From the NCBI GenBank assembly GCA_023920165.1, contig CP089280.1, positions 806,001-870,000 of the forward strand: a stretch of DNA of 64,000 nt, written 5' to 3'. Source of the DNA: Curvularia clavata. Taxonomy: Eukaryota. The notes under the pieces are model-generated. The model saw only the letters and a list, made by a program, of their open reading frames with translations. It was not told the origin of the DNA and searched no databases. Position 1 is the stretch's first letter; each line of letters starts with the position of its first letter. This document shows positions 51,814 to 64,000 of the stretch, in pieces. The position numbers were made by a program, and so were the translations under genes.

Positions 51814-53039
51814 ATGCACGATCCGTTCCCTATCCCGCGGCCTGAAGGCCTTGTCAAGTACGTCGAGCCCGTGGCCGAATACCTCTCGCTCAAGACGCTA
51901 CCTCTGCACTTCCACGAAGTCGCCATCGCCTATGCCTTCTACGACATCACCTACCGCGTCATCGCCCCGGCCTTCTCCCGCATCTTCTTTCCCCGCGTCT
52001 ACTCGTCCTTCAATGCGCGCACAAAGCTCAACTGGGATGTCCACATCGTGTCCTTTGTCCAGAGTACCCTCATCTGCGCTCTGGCACTGTGGGTCATGTG
52101 GACAGATAGCGAGTTGAGTCACATGGACAGCCTGGAGCGCGTGCATGGATATACCGGTGCGTCTGGTTTGATCCAGGCATTTGCTGGAGGCTACTTCCTG
52201 TGGGACTTGGTCATTACCGTTCAGAATGTCCACATCTTTGGAATCGGCATGCTGTTCCATGCCATCTCTGCCCTCTGTGTCTTTGCCCTAGGCTTCGTAA
52301 GTGTTTGTCTGAACACCTTGCAACACATTACTCATTTCTTATGTAGCGCCCATTTGTTAACTACTATGCCTGTGCCTTTATCCTCTACGAACTCTCCTCG
52401 CCCTTCCTCAACATCCACTGGTTCTGTGACAAGCTCAACATGACCGGCGGCACCATCCAGTTTGTCAACGGCATCATCCTCCTTTTTACCTTTTTCTCCT
52501 GCCGTCTCGTCTGGGGAACCTACCAGTCGTTCCGTGTCTTCTCCGACGTCTATCATTCATACAGAGCTGGCACAGTCCCACACCCCGACCCTGAGGTTGG
52601 CAAGCTGTCAGACGACACTTTGGTCAACAACGCAGCCTTCAAGAACGACCTTCTTCAATTCTCCGCCGGCCAGACCATTCCCTTCTGGTTGATTTCCGCC
52701 TACCTAGCCTCCAACCTCATCCTCAATGGCCTCAACTGGTTCTGGTTCAGCAAGATGATTGAAACGCTTCGCAAGCGCTTCGACCCCCCAATTGGCACAA
52801 GGAAGGCACAGCCCAAGATCAACGCCACTCTGGATATTCCGGAGAACGAAAAGATCCTGATCGAGGGTACCCATGTCTCTACTCCTGGTGTCATTGAGAA
52901 GGAAAATGGTGATTACATCAACGTCTCGTCACCCAAGTCGCTTCAATTTCAGAAGAACAAGAGCGGAACGCACCTGGAAGTTACCCAGAGCGAGGTTCGC
53001 AGCCGCACCACAGCGCAAAGAGCTGCTCATGCGGCGTAG
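51814..53039 (+). CDS. TLC (TRAM/LAG1/CLN8) domain membrane protein, DUF887/TMEM56-like, ~391 aa
   Basis: Intron 52297-52346. Motifs NWDVHIVSFVQS, GYFLWDL, MLFHAI, YELSSPFLNIHW, FFSCRLVWG and LNWFWFSKMI. Confidence 0.9.
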
Positions 53040-53666
53040 GGCTCTCTTTATCTTCATCAAGGTTGGTTAGGGCAGTAAGTATAGAGCAAAGCCCCTTGGG
53101 CTTGGATCGTGCATCGCAATCGGGTTTTCTTGTGGTCTATCTTTATAAGCATCAGTTTTGCGTACTGATATCTCTAGAGTCTCGTCTCCATTTCTTGACT
53201 TTGTCTAATACACGACCTATATTCCATTCTCCCTCTCCTACAACCCATCCACATCTCCCGTTGTGAGTTTCTATTGCAGATGCCTTTGCCAATGGTGCAT
53301 TCGTACATGGTGCTATATACAAACAAGCAACACACCAGTGAACAATACGAGACGTCAAAGCTTTGTAGCTTTTCTGACTAGCTGCGTCTTGCTGTCCACA
53401 AGACGAAAACGCAATGTTATTTTATCTTAGAGAGACTCTGAATACCGACTGTGAGTAAAACTTTGAGCCGTGTTTCTTCCACTGTCAAAGAGGAGGCCAA
53501 AACTCCGTATCTACCACCTTGGTTAATGTGACATCTGTCTCCATACCATTACTCATACATTCCTTTTTACCATCTTTCTCCTTCTCATCATGACTCGACC
53601 TGTGTCGACGAACTATCTCCGCACCGTCTCTCACATCCACATCCCGTCTCTTATGCACACGCCCTC

Positions 53667-54748
53667 TTACGCACCACTCTCCGCCTTCCTCGCCGCCCTC
53701 CCCTTCGCCCTCTTCCTCGTCTTCTTGCCCGCCGTCAACTTAACCGGCACAATACCCGCCCTCTCATACACAATCTCAATTGCGTTACCAACATCATCCT
53801 CCCTGAGTCCCATCTCCTTCTCCTGATCCTTCCTCTCCAACCGCATCGCCACCGCCTCACTCAGTACCTCCCCCACCAGCTTCGCCTGCCCGTGCGAAAA
53901 AGACGCCAGAGCGGCCAGTGCAGCGATAGTCGCGGGCGTCAAGGATGATGCAGTGACGGCAGCCGAGGAAGATGAACCCGTGCATGGGGCCTTTGTGCCG
54001 TACGAGGGGTACTTCATGGCAGGGGGAATGTTCACCTGGCGGAGAAAGTGCTCGAGCGGTATGCCCCAGCGGTCTTGGATCAAGTCTTCATGCTGGGCAG
54101 TCGATAGCGTGGTAGTCTTGTTTTCGGTACTGAGATCAGACTGCTGGATCGAAAGTAGGTCGGCGCGTACGGCGGCGTACTCGCGTGTGATGCGGAGTTT
54201 ATTCCGGGTTGTGGGTTTCAACGTCGAGAGGAAGGTGATGTGCAAGCGTTTTTCCGTGTCGGTGAGGTCCTGTTGGGGAAGAAGGGATGAGGGTGAGTAT
54301 TTGGCGGCTTTGTTTGGGGGATGGTGCTAAAGGGGGAAAGGAAGAAAGGTGCAAACGAAGTACGAAACGAATGCAATTGTAACGCTCAAAGCAAGGAAGC
54401 AAGAAAACTAAAAGGAACGTAGGGGAGATGTACCTGCCAATCAAGTCCATAACCTTCCAGATCTGGATCGATATCCCCCATCTCTTCGCCGTCGTAGCGC
54501 ACATAGCCGTACGGTGCATCCGGCAGCATAATCTCGTCCTTGCTAGTAGCAACAAGCACACGCTGGTCTTCCTGCAGGCTGTGCGGATCGGAAATCGGCT
54601 TTGCTTCAATGGTGTACAGCGCTGCATGCTTGATGTCGAGGGCGAGACGCACGCCTTGCAGCACTTGCCCTGGGCTCTGGTACGCGCCGATGACAAAGTC
54701 ATCGATAGTCTTGTTGGTGCTCGGACAATAGAGTTGTACGCGGCCCAT
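53667..54748 (-). CDS. Hypothetical protein, ~305 aa; the N-terminus resembles a doublecortin/KHA ubiquitin-like fold
   Basis: Intron 54270-54433 (GTACAT...CTCAC...CAG) joins the 120-aa and 192-aa ORFs in frame (WQ|DLTDTEKR). Basic C-terminus. Confidence 0.72.
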
Positions 54749-55062
54749 GGTGACAGTCGCTTGCTGTGTCTCAGTGTTTGTTTGGCGGTGGAGAAGCGGC
54801 TGAGGTTGCGTGGGTAAGAGGGGAAAGTGGGTTGGTTAGCTGGGTGCGCAGGCGGATAGGTGCAGGGTTTGTTATGGAAGGAAACAGAACGACCAGAAGC
54901 GATGTGAGGTTGTGTGCTTACTTGTTTGTTAAAAGTCGAACGAAAGTGGTGGGTAAAAGTGAACTTGGAGGTTTCGGCATGTGAGACATGCAAACGAACT
55001 GTACTCTGTTTTGTCTAACACTGACGAAGCTAACCTTGCCATGACGGCCCAACTCGATATCC

Positions 55063-55749
55063 TCACTTGGATTCGGTTACTTCAATCTCAACACCTTCCT
55101 TGAACTCAGCCTCGAGCATCTCCTCGCCACCCTCTGTGGTCGGCCTGCAGACATATCCCGCAATGCTCACATCCCAGTCCTCTTCGGCAAGGAACCAGGT
55201 GACTTCCCTCAATGGACGCCTCTCGACTTCTTGTCCAGCCTCATCTCGCACAATCCAGTAGATCCACAGACTCTTGCCTAGCACGTCACTCTCCCTCCTT
55301 GCTTCAATAGTCGCGCCAGGCTGAGTTCCGTTCTTGAACTCAGGCATGGGCACAAGCGACCAGTCGGACCAGGTATCACAGCCCACAGTCGCTACATACG
55401 GCTTTCCATAGTAAAATTCAATGCCAGTCTTGACCCATTTGGTTTCATTGGCGGGTACCCCAGGCTTGGTGAGGTGGAGCAAGAGACCAGCTTGATCATA
55501 CTGGCGGAGCTGGCCTGATGGTGGAAGGGCAAAGGTAAGCTTTGCTCGTTGAAAGTCCTTGAGCTGGTAAGTCGGGAGCTCGGAGGGATATGTCGAAGCA
55601 CTGAATGCGTTGTGAGATGGGGGCTTGCGCCAGATGTCCGTCCCTGCCGGTGCAGAGAGGTTGAAAGGCTGAATGGTGGTAGTTGTGTTATTCGGCATGG
55701 TGGCAGTGGTGATGTGTGCCAAGAAAGCGAGTACTAGAGAGGCGATCAT
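55063..55749 (-). CDS. DUF1349 (Ree1-like) beta-sandwich protein with a signal-peptide-like N-terminus, 228 aa
   Basis: Motifs TDIWRKPP, YDQAGL, WVKTGIEF, VGCDTWSDWS and LREVTWF...YVCRP. Confidence 0.88.
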   Translation of the reverse strand: MIASLVLAFLAHITTATMPNNTTTTIQPFNLSAPAGTDIWRKPPSHNAFSASTYPSELPTYQLKDFQRAKLTFALPPSGQLRQYDQAGLLLHLTKPGVPANETKWVKTGIEFYYGKPYVATVGCDTWSDWSLVPMPEFKNGTQPGATIEARRESDVLGKSLWIYWIVRDEAGQEVERRPLREVTWFLAEEDWDVSIAGYVCRPTTEGGEEMLEAEFKEGVEIEVTESK

Positions 55750-56449
55750 TGTTGTAGGGCATCGTGGGATAGCAATCGGCTTTTATATTTGATGTTCATA
55801 CACGTGAGACCGGTATGGAGATGGTACACTGCAGTTTGAGCATGCTCTCTGATTGGTAGAAAGTCGGAAGACGACTTGTTTTACGTACGGCCTTGCTCGC
55901 TATACGGGTCGTCCTTGATTCTGTAGCCTTTTCGGCATCCTAGACCGATGTTCCGATGCTCTTGCCTCCTACAAGGTACAGTAGTGGGGATCTATGGCCA
56001 GAAAGCGGGGTATTTTTGGGCGAGAATATGCGAGCTTGGTAAAACGCTAACCGTAACTCACAATAATCCTACACCGCAAACACCTCACTGTGCCATTGAG
56101 AATGACTCGAGAATCAATGCCCACGTTTTTACCATCCGTGGGTTGGGGGCAGCAGAAACCGGGATCCGCTGCGCTTACCAGAACGGGCACAGAATTGCGA
56201 ACTTTGCTTGGCATGATCATTAGGGCCGATGGTAGAACTTTGGAGGCATCCTAGTCCTGGTCGTACAGACAGCATGTGTTGTATGCCAACATGTCCACCG
56301 GATAATTGTTCTGGTCAGCTGGAGTTTCACGTAAGTCTCTTCAAGGATCAGCACCAAGTGGCAATAAGCCACCAATTGAGCAGTAGATATCAGAAGGCGC
56401 ATTGGCACATTCATTCGTAGGTATGTACAACTCAAATAGTTCAAGTCTT

Positions 56450-57471
56450 CTATTTCTTCTCCTCCTCTTTCGGGGGCTCTGGCTTTGGTGTTGGCAGTTT
56501 GAACTAAGTCCATGTCAGAAGCCGGTATAAAGGGTTGGATTGGGCTATAACTTACAGACTCCGGCTTGAGGTCGTCACCTGGGCCAACCTGCTCCCATGC
56601 TGATGATCCACCACGGAAGTTCCTGAACGCCTGCGTCATCTCAAGTGGCTCCACAACAATTCGCTTCTTTTCCTCGTCGTATCGGATCTCAGTGTATCCA
56701 GTCATAGGGAAGTCCTTTCGCAGCGGGTGACCATCAAAGCCGTAATCGGTCATGATTCGCCTCAGATCAGGGTGTCCTACGAAGAAGACACCAAAAAGAT
56801 CGTAGACCTCACGCTCGTACCAGTTGGCACCGTCATAGAGATCGCACAGACTGGGTACTGGGGTCGCCTCGTCGGCATATGTCTTGACTCGGATGCGCGA
56901 GTTGTGGCGGATGCTAAGCATGTTGTACACGACCTCGAAACGCTGGTCCTTGGTGGGGTAATCGACGGCAGTGATGTCGGAGATCTGGGTGAATTCGGCA
57001 GCAGTGTGGTACTTGAGGAAGGTGAATGTAGGGATGATGCCCGAGGGAGCGACATAGATGGTCAATTCATCTTTCCAGACAGAGAATCTGCTCAACTGTC
57101 AAATACGGCTCTCCCGCCAATGGTTTTGTGACATACTGCTGGACAAACTTGGGCAGGCATGACATGATGTACTGTCCATACTTGTGCAGCGCCTCGCCCT
57201 TCTCTTTGTAGTGGTCTGCCGGGTTTACAATGGGGGCCTTGAGCTTGCCAGCCTCGTCGCGGGGAGCAAACTGCACATGCTGTTAGAAGAGATTCTCCAG
57301 CTTCGACTGTCTGCTGGTGCGTACCCGCATGTTTGGTGTCTCGGAAGCGGGTCCCGCGACTTCCTTGGGCCGGAGGGCCGTCGAGGCAAAGGTGCGCACT
57401 GCATTGCGGGAGCAACCCGAGGCGCGGACGGCGGCGCCCAATGGCCGGCCTACAGCTAGCCGCATAGCCAT
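56450..57471 (-). CDS. NDUFS3: Mitochondrial NADH:ubiquinone oxidoreductase 30-kDa subunit (NDUFS3/NuoC), ~288 aa
   Basis: Introns 57271-57324, 57088-57136 and 56504-56555. Motifs [18 protein letters not shown] and [41 protein letters not shown]. Confidence 0.96.
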
Positions 57472-57849
57472 GGTTTACAAAGGTGGTGGTGAGAGGCTAC
57501 GCGATGCAGCGGGGAGGGACGACTTGGGATGGTGATATCGACGACGTCGTGAAGTTCGCAGCTCAACCCGCTCGATGCATGCTTATGTAAGTAGCGTGGA
57601 GCGGAACCTGGTGTCCCATCACGCAGCTGCAGCCTCTTAACCCCCATCACCTTCCGTGGATCTCTCTTACAGCGACAGCGACAACCCGGCCGGCGTTTAT
57701 TTGTCCTTCAGCGATTCCCTTCTGGCCCTCACGTACAAACCACTTCACCTCTCAACCCCTCCCCGCACTCAACCATCGACTGCCCTCGGGCGCCACCCTT
57801 TACGCTTTACACCACATCTCCACCGCACACCCACCGCACACCGCCCACC

Positions 57850-60582
57850 ATGTCTCGGATGCAGCAAGACCAGTTCGTCGATGATGACGAGGAGGAGTGC
57901 TGCCCCCTCTGCGTCGAGGAGTTCGATCTGTCAGATAGGAACTTCCGGCCCTGCCCTTGTGGCTACCAAGTGCGCTTCCCTCGCCAAAACTCGGTGAAGC
58001 TGCCCCAGGCCGCCATGCTAACAATCTTCCACAGATATGTCAGTTCTGCTACAACAACATCAAGACGACCATGAACGGCTTATGCCCCGCCTGCCGCCGA
58101 CCCTACGATGACTCCACAATCGAGTGGAAGACCATCTCTCCCGAAGAGTGGGTCCCTTGCTCCCTCCATGTATGAACACTCTCTGACCTTGGGCAGGATG
58201 GCACAGCACAAGCAGCAGATTGCGCAAAAGGCCAAGAAGAATGCGCAGATGCGGCAAAAAGAGGCCCAAAAGGCCGAAGCTGACTCGCTCAGCCGCAAGC
58301 ACCTTTCCGGTCTTCGTGTCGTCCAGAAAAACCTCGTGTACGTCACTGGCCTTCAACCGACAGTACGAGAAGACGAGCTGCTCAAGACGCTGCGCGGCGA
58401 CGACTACTTTGGTCAATATGGCAAGATCTTGAAGATTGTTGTGAGTAAGGCCAAGGAGAACGCACAGCATCAACAGTCGGTTGGTGTCTATGTAACGTTT
58501 GCTCGCAAGGAGGATGCCGAGAGGTGCATCGCTGCTGTCGACGGTTCGCACAATGGCGACAGAGTACTGAGGTACGCAACAGCTCCTTCATGACATGTGT
58601 CATCTAGCAAGCTGACATCATACAGAGCACAATTCGGCACGACCAAATACTGTTCGGCCTATCTTCGCGGCGAGACATGCAATAATCGCAATTGCATGTT
58701 CCTACACGAGCCCGGTGAAGACAACGACAGCTTCACGCGCCAAGACCTTTCTATGATGAACTCGATTCAAACGCAACAGCCGTCCCAGTCGTCGACGTCC
58801 CGACCTGCCCCTCCTGCTCATCAAGGGCCTCCTGTCGCCGCCGCAACCCCGATGCACCGGCAGGATAGTACGGATACGTCTAGCTCAATACACGACGCAC
58901 CTGGTCTACCCGCCACAGCGAACTGGGGCAGCAAAGCTCTGCTAGAACGCCGTGCAAGTCGGTCAACAACCGCTTCGAATAATGCTAGTCCTATGGTCAC
59001 GAACGCGGTTCCCGCCCAAGCGTCGAAAGCACCCAAGCCAGCAGAAGCTCCGAAAAAGAAAGGAAAGGAAAAGGAAAAGGAAAAGGAAAAAGAGAAGGAG
59101 AAGGAGAAAGAAAAGGAGAAAGATAAAGACAAGGAGAAGGAGAAGGAAAAAGAGAAAGAGAAAGACAAGCAGAAGGAGAAAGAAAAAGACAAGGATAAGG
59201 ACACGGAAAAGTCTCCGCAAGCATCAAAGTCTACGACCTCACAGTCTACCTCCTCTTCCACGCCGGCGTCCACTACGCGCCCTTCCAAGCCCCGCAACAA
59301 GGACTTCCCGGACCTGCTGAAGATTATCTGCTCGCCTGATTTCAAGTTTGTGTTCTCTAGTGCGGTTCTTTCCGAGGAAGAGTTGAAAGCTGTGACCGAA
59401 TTCCCTCAGTTGCTTGATCCAAATGGCGGTGCAAAGCGTCGTGCTATGAAAGAAAAGGAGAAAGAACTTGCTGCGTTACGTGAGGCTGAAGCCGAAGCGA
59501 AGGCAGCCTCCCAGCAACAAGCACCGGCTGCTGAACGAGAGGACACCGAGGCAACTGCAGGTGGCAGCCTACAGTTGGGCGGAGAACCCGAGGACGGACC
59601 TGAAACGAGCAGCAACCACCTCAATCAACATGCAATCGCACCGCCCAGTCAGCAGGGTTTTGGTGGAAGCCTCTTCGGCCAAAACACGCCTCTGGCTGAG
59701 GACTTCAGCACCTTGGGACTGAGCAACAGAGGTTTGACGCCCCAACAGCAACAGCAAATTCTGCTTTCCAACTTCAAGTCTGGCACTCAGTCTACTGGTC
59801 TGCTGAGCAACATGCAAAATACGCAGGCACAGCAGCATGGAATGACTGGAAATGCTTCGGGACATAACAGGCACACATCTCGCTTCAGCTTCGCCAACGA
59901 CAGTGCTTCGGCTTCCGCAAATGTGCAACCTGTTGCGAATCAGAAATTGATGAACCAGCAAAACTCGATGATGCCAAAGAACGCAAATCAGTTCAACCCA
60001 ATGTCCCAGCACCAGCCTCTGGGTGGACAATTTTTCACCAACGTACAAGGACCGCCTCCAGGACTGAAGCCAACTGGCACGCCTCCTGTCAGCGGGACTG
60101 GTATGTTTGGTCAAGGTCACGGCTTTGCTACTGGTGGTCTACCCTATGGGTCAGGCGCCAATGCAAGGAACAACAGTGATGCAATGTATCAGGATCTGCT
60201 TCGCAGCCGTAACATGGACGGTGGTGCTAGGCTAGCTGATGCTGGAAAGCGTGAGTCAATGTTTCCTTCCTTCCTTAATCAACATCCCACTACCTCTACA
60301 CCTGCCCCAGCCCCTGGTCTCCTAAGCTTCCCTTATGGGCCTTCGCCTGGCGCTTACCAGGAATCTGGTTCGCAGAAATCCAAGAAAAAGGGAAAGAAGC
60401 ATAGGCACGCAAACACTTCCTCCTCTGGAGGAGGTGGCCTTGCTGATGTCCAAGACCCAAGTATCTTGCAGGCAAGGTTGCATCAAGGTGGCATGGCTGG
60501 CCAGGGCCTGTATGGGCAAGGTCAGAGTGGGTTTTCTTCGCTTTATTCCAACAACAACTACGGCGGCGCTGGACGATGGTAG
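57850..60582 (+). CDS. NOT4: CCR4-NOT E3 ubiquitin ligase Not4 (C4C4 RING, RRM, CCCH); short isoform, ~854 aa
   Basis: Introns 57970-58034, 58148-58196 and 58572-58625. RING CPLCVEE...PCPCGYQICQFC...CPACRRPY; RRM RVVQKNLVYVTGL...YFGQYGKI; GTTKYCSAYLRGETCNNRNCMFLHE. Confidence 0.95.
59053..59211 (+). repeat. Purine-rich coding repeat encoding an alternating (KE/KD)n tract in Not4
   Basis: KKKGKEKEKEKEKEKEKEKEKDKDKEKEKEKEKEKDKQKEKEKDKDKDTEK. Confidence 0.9.
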
Positions 60583-61135
60583 TAGTTTCTTTTCTTTCTT
60601 CTACATTTTGGTCGGTCTATTGGCCAGATATTGTGTCTTAGTACTTGTTGCAACGGTGGCTGCATGGCGTTTCGGTTTTTATGGCGACTGCATCGGCAAA
60701 TATTCGGTGCTCTGACACTGAGATGCCTGGCGTTATGATCGGACTATACTGCCACATCCCCACGGCATTTTGACGCTTTACATCTTTTTCTTTCTTATTT
60801 TTATTTATGCCTGGGTGGTTTGCACTGTCCTGCCGATGCAAAGGTCAGCTTCTCTCGTCGTCTTCGTCATGGTCATCGCATGTACGTAACTACCCCTTCT
60901 GCCGCGATCAAGTCGGCATGCTTACTTTCTAATAGAGAGATGGCTGCCTTATTTTTATCTGCCCTCTATGTGACGAAGATGCTCGAGAGACTACCTTTGC
61001 GGCTTGATGTACATTAAATGTTTTGCCAGCACTTCTTTGACCATCGTCGAGTGGCCGCCGTGGTCACCAAGCCCATTCCCACTCTTGCGAACGTTTTGAT
61101 TCATGCAGAAGGACTATACTGACATCTCCTTGTAG

Positions 61136-63759
61136 ATGATGTGCCTCTTAATGCAGAAGAGCAAGCGTCCATCAATGTCGATGCTCTCGTGAACGACAGC
61201 GACAGTGAGCTCATTCGAGGCATGCCAATGACCGCAATGAGCAGCCATTTTCTCGGATATCCTCGTCGATCCACTCCAACTATTCCACCTGGCTTCACAG
61301 CGCCAGTTGTACCGAAGCCATTTGCTGAAGATTCTCGTGCTCAACCTGCATCTCGATCAATGTCCCGGACTACATCTTCGAACATTACACCAGCTGTACC
61401 TGTTGTACCTGTTACGCCAATCCGAACATCGACTCCTAGTAAAGCTGCCAAAGGCAAGCAAAAGGGTGATGCTACTGAGACAACGACTCCTGCGGCGACC
61501 CCTGCGGCAGCCCCTGTACCTAATTCTCAACCCACAACGCCCTCAAGAGTTTCAGCGCCCAAGGAAGCTGTGGTCGTCCCGCAGACTCCCACAGAGCCAA
61601 CACCCAGAGAGGCTTCTCGGAAAGTCAAGGGAGAAACAGAAACGCCCGTGGCTACACCGGGGGCAAGAAAGTCAACCTCGGAGACGGCTTCGAAAGATGC
61701 ACCAAAAACGAAGAATGTTTCCAAGAAGAATCAATCTCAGGTACAGACGACTCCTAAGAAAGAAGTGCCGAAGGAACCTGTACAAACGCCAGGCGCTGTT
61801 GTAACTCCGGTATCCTCAACCAAGCGACAACCCCCCGGCAAGCTTGACATCGTGGCAGCAACCAAAGTACCGACAGATGGAGGTTCTCCAGGTGTAGGAC
61901 CAGGAAAAGCAGATACTCAGACGAAGAATGATCGCGCGGCTCAAGCTCCAGCAAGCAGTTCCGTACCCCCAAGTCCTGCTGCAGTAGCAACCGGATCACC
62001 AATCAAGCGTGCGGGACCGCCAAGGACTCTACGTGTCGTTGCGACTCCAAAGACTGAAGTCCCGCCACCCTTGTCTGCGACTTCAGCACCGTCTCTGCCT
62101 CAGATACCGACTGTTGATAAGCTCAGGTCCAGGCAGGCAAGCATCGCCTCTGTCAACCTACCTGGTACCCCTGCGAGTGAATTGATATCAGACACAGCTT
62201 CAATCACATCCACGTCTTTCTCCCGGGCGAACTCACCTCCCCCGGTTGCTGGAAAGGTCGGAACTGCTCCCGTGAGGAAGAAAACCAAATCACAGGCTAA
62301 GAAAGATCGACAAGAACGCAAGAAGCAAATAGAAGAGGAGCAGATGGAGGACAAATCAGATGTTGAGGTTGTGCAAGCTCCCATTATTGGTCGCAAGAAG
62401 AAGGCAAAGAAGCCATCGAACAATCCTAAGCCCGTCCCGGCAGCTGCTAAGAGTCGGCCAGCTTCACCAAAGCCTGCTACGGTTGAGGACGAGCATAGTG
62501 AAGTGCCAGTCGCCACTGCTCAGAAGACGTCTTCAGTGAAAGCCTCGGCTGCAGTTACGCCTGAACCAGAGCCAGATCGTGAAGACGCTAAGGAAAAGCG
62601 CGATTATAGTGCACAGGCTATAATGGCTGATCTGCAACGTACGGGTGAACTGATTGCATCGAACCTGGAATTTTTCAAACCTCTATCGTCTTCGCTTGCC
62701 CACACATCTCGCAACACCCAAAGTGGCAGTGCGGTTGCGCCGCCAGACTTGAAACTACACTTCTCGGAAGCTGACCTTGAAACCTTGGCCAAGAAGAAAC
62801 CATTGCGTCTCAACAGTCAAGACGGAAAATCTGACTCTAGGACCCTCATCACACCTGGCGGGAAATTCTTCTGGGGACTTAGTGAAGAGTTGGAGGCGAA
62901 GGCACTTGAGCTTGAGAAGCGTATTGATGAACTCAAGGGCCATGCTCGCTTCCATGCTCGGAAGCAAACACCCCACGGCCACGGGCTGGCTGGGCAGACC
63001 AATGACGTCCTTCCCGCTATTGCTACGGCACTGAAGGAGGCAGGCAAGAAGCTAAACACCAATGATGGTCAGCAGATGCCCAGGCTCGATGGTTCATCTG
63101 GACTACTAGGCTCGACAAGCCTTCCTTTACCACCAGTACAGGGACAGGATGCATCGGTTCCACAGGTTCCGGCGTCACAGCAACAGCAGACACCAGCAGA
63201 TGCCGGTGGTTATCTGAACCAATACGTCCTTCCCCGCACAGACAACCCCCCGCCAAACCAGCCACGTCCTGAGATGGCTGCGGTAGGTGGACCGCCGGGC
63301 GCGGGCACAGCAAACATCTCTGTCAACGCAAACAAATTTGCCAAGGCAGCAAAGGCAGTTGTCGAGGGCGGTGCGGTGGGAAGCACAGAGATAGATGGCA
63401 TGGGATTCATGGCCGCTGACAAACTGGGCGGCGTCTTCGTCCAGGGTCTTGAAGCACTTGTTGGAGCCGGCCTGGGCTACCAGTCGACACACGAGTTTGG
63501 TCTTGACAGCAATGGCAACATTACGCTTGGCCACGGTGGAGGGGGCCTAGACATGCAGGGTTTGATGAATGCAATCGAAACCACGGCCGGCATGGGTGGC
63601 TATAGTGGCAATGCGAGGAGGGGACGAGGCAGTGTGCTGACTATGGAGGAGGCGGAGCAGGCAATGCAGGCGGCACGAAAAGAGCATGATGTCTTGGAGA
63701 AGAAGCTATCAGCCCTGATTAAGAAGAACAGGAAACTGGCTCTGGGTGCCGCGAGATGA
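61136..63759 (+). CDS. NOT4: Alternative terminal exon of NOT4 (long isoform); P/T/S/K-rich, with a C-terminal coiled coil
   Basis: The 872-codon frame has no ATG at its 5' end (first in-frame ATG at 61222). It is preceded by branch point ACTGAC and acceptor TGTAG (61131-61135), and the phase matches NOT4 donors at 60251, 60521 and 60527. Confidence 0.8.
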
Positions 63760-64000
63760 GGAGATTGGCACTGGTCTGCATCTGGATGAGAAAAGTTGGC
63801 TTAGCAAGCAGCTTGACAAGCACACGCATTCTATGTAGCAAAAAGCAGTGATGAAGGTGCCTACGGTATTACTGTATCAAGTATAGTCAAAACCTTATGT
63901 TCAGTACACTCTGTGATTGTGTCCCAGCGTTCACCGCAGTCAGGACTTGTTAGAATGATGCAGTAAAAGCCACGCAAAATCCTGCAGTGTTATGCGCTAA

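Noticed and set aside
61141..63759. Independent 872-aa gene
   Set aside because: The GTG start directly follows a strong splice acceptor in phase with NOT4 donors, so it is better explained as an alternative NOT4 exon.

Overview
Gene-dense, intron-containing filamentous-ascomycete chromosomal DNA (probably Dothideomycetes/Pleosporales; this is an inference from gene content and the mostly 48-60 nt GT-AG introns with CTRAC branch points). I reconstructed about 25 protein-coding genes by hand splicing. These include a PDR-type ABC transporter running off the left edge, TAPT1/Emp65, a YANK/STK32-type kinase, a SWI/SNF BAF60-like subunit, an amidohydrolase, a secreted aldose 1-epimerase, SSU1, SPB4, DGK1, a UBE2G-type E2, mitochondrial SerRS, a TLC-domain protein, DUF1349, the complex I 30-kDa subunit and NOT4. 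Four signals stand out. (1) An unassigned ~310-nt, highly structured RNA polymerase III-type ncRNA at 27287-27600, with TATA box, A/B boxes, oligo-T terminator and nested long-range helices. (2) An AT-richer island at 41.5-45.3 kb carrying a tandem family of charged, class-II-hydrophobin-patterned secreted proteins: two intact genes, one frameshifted copy and one decayed remnant. (3) NOT4 with a long, in-frame alternative intron that switches between an ~854-aa and a ~1620-1710-aa isoform. (4) An orphan protein combining a PAH-like domain with an atypical zinc finger. All assignments come from motif recognition only; no database searches were run.
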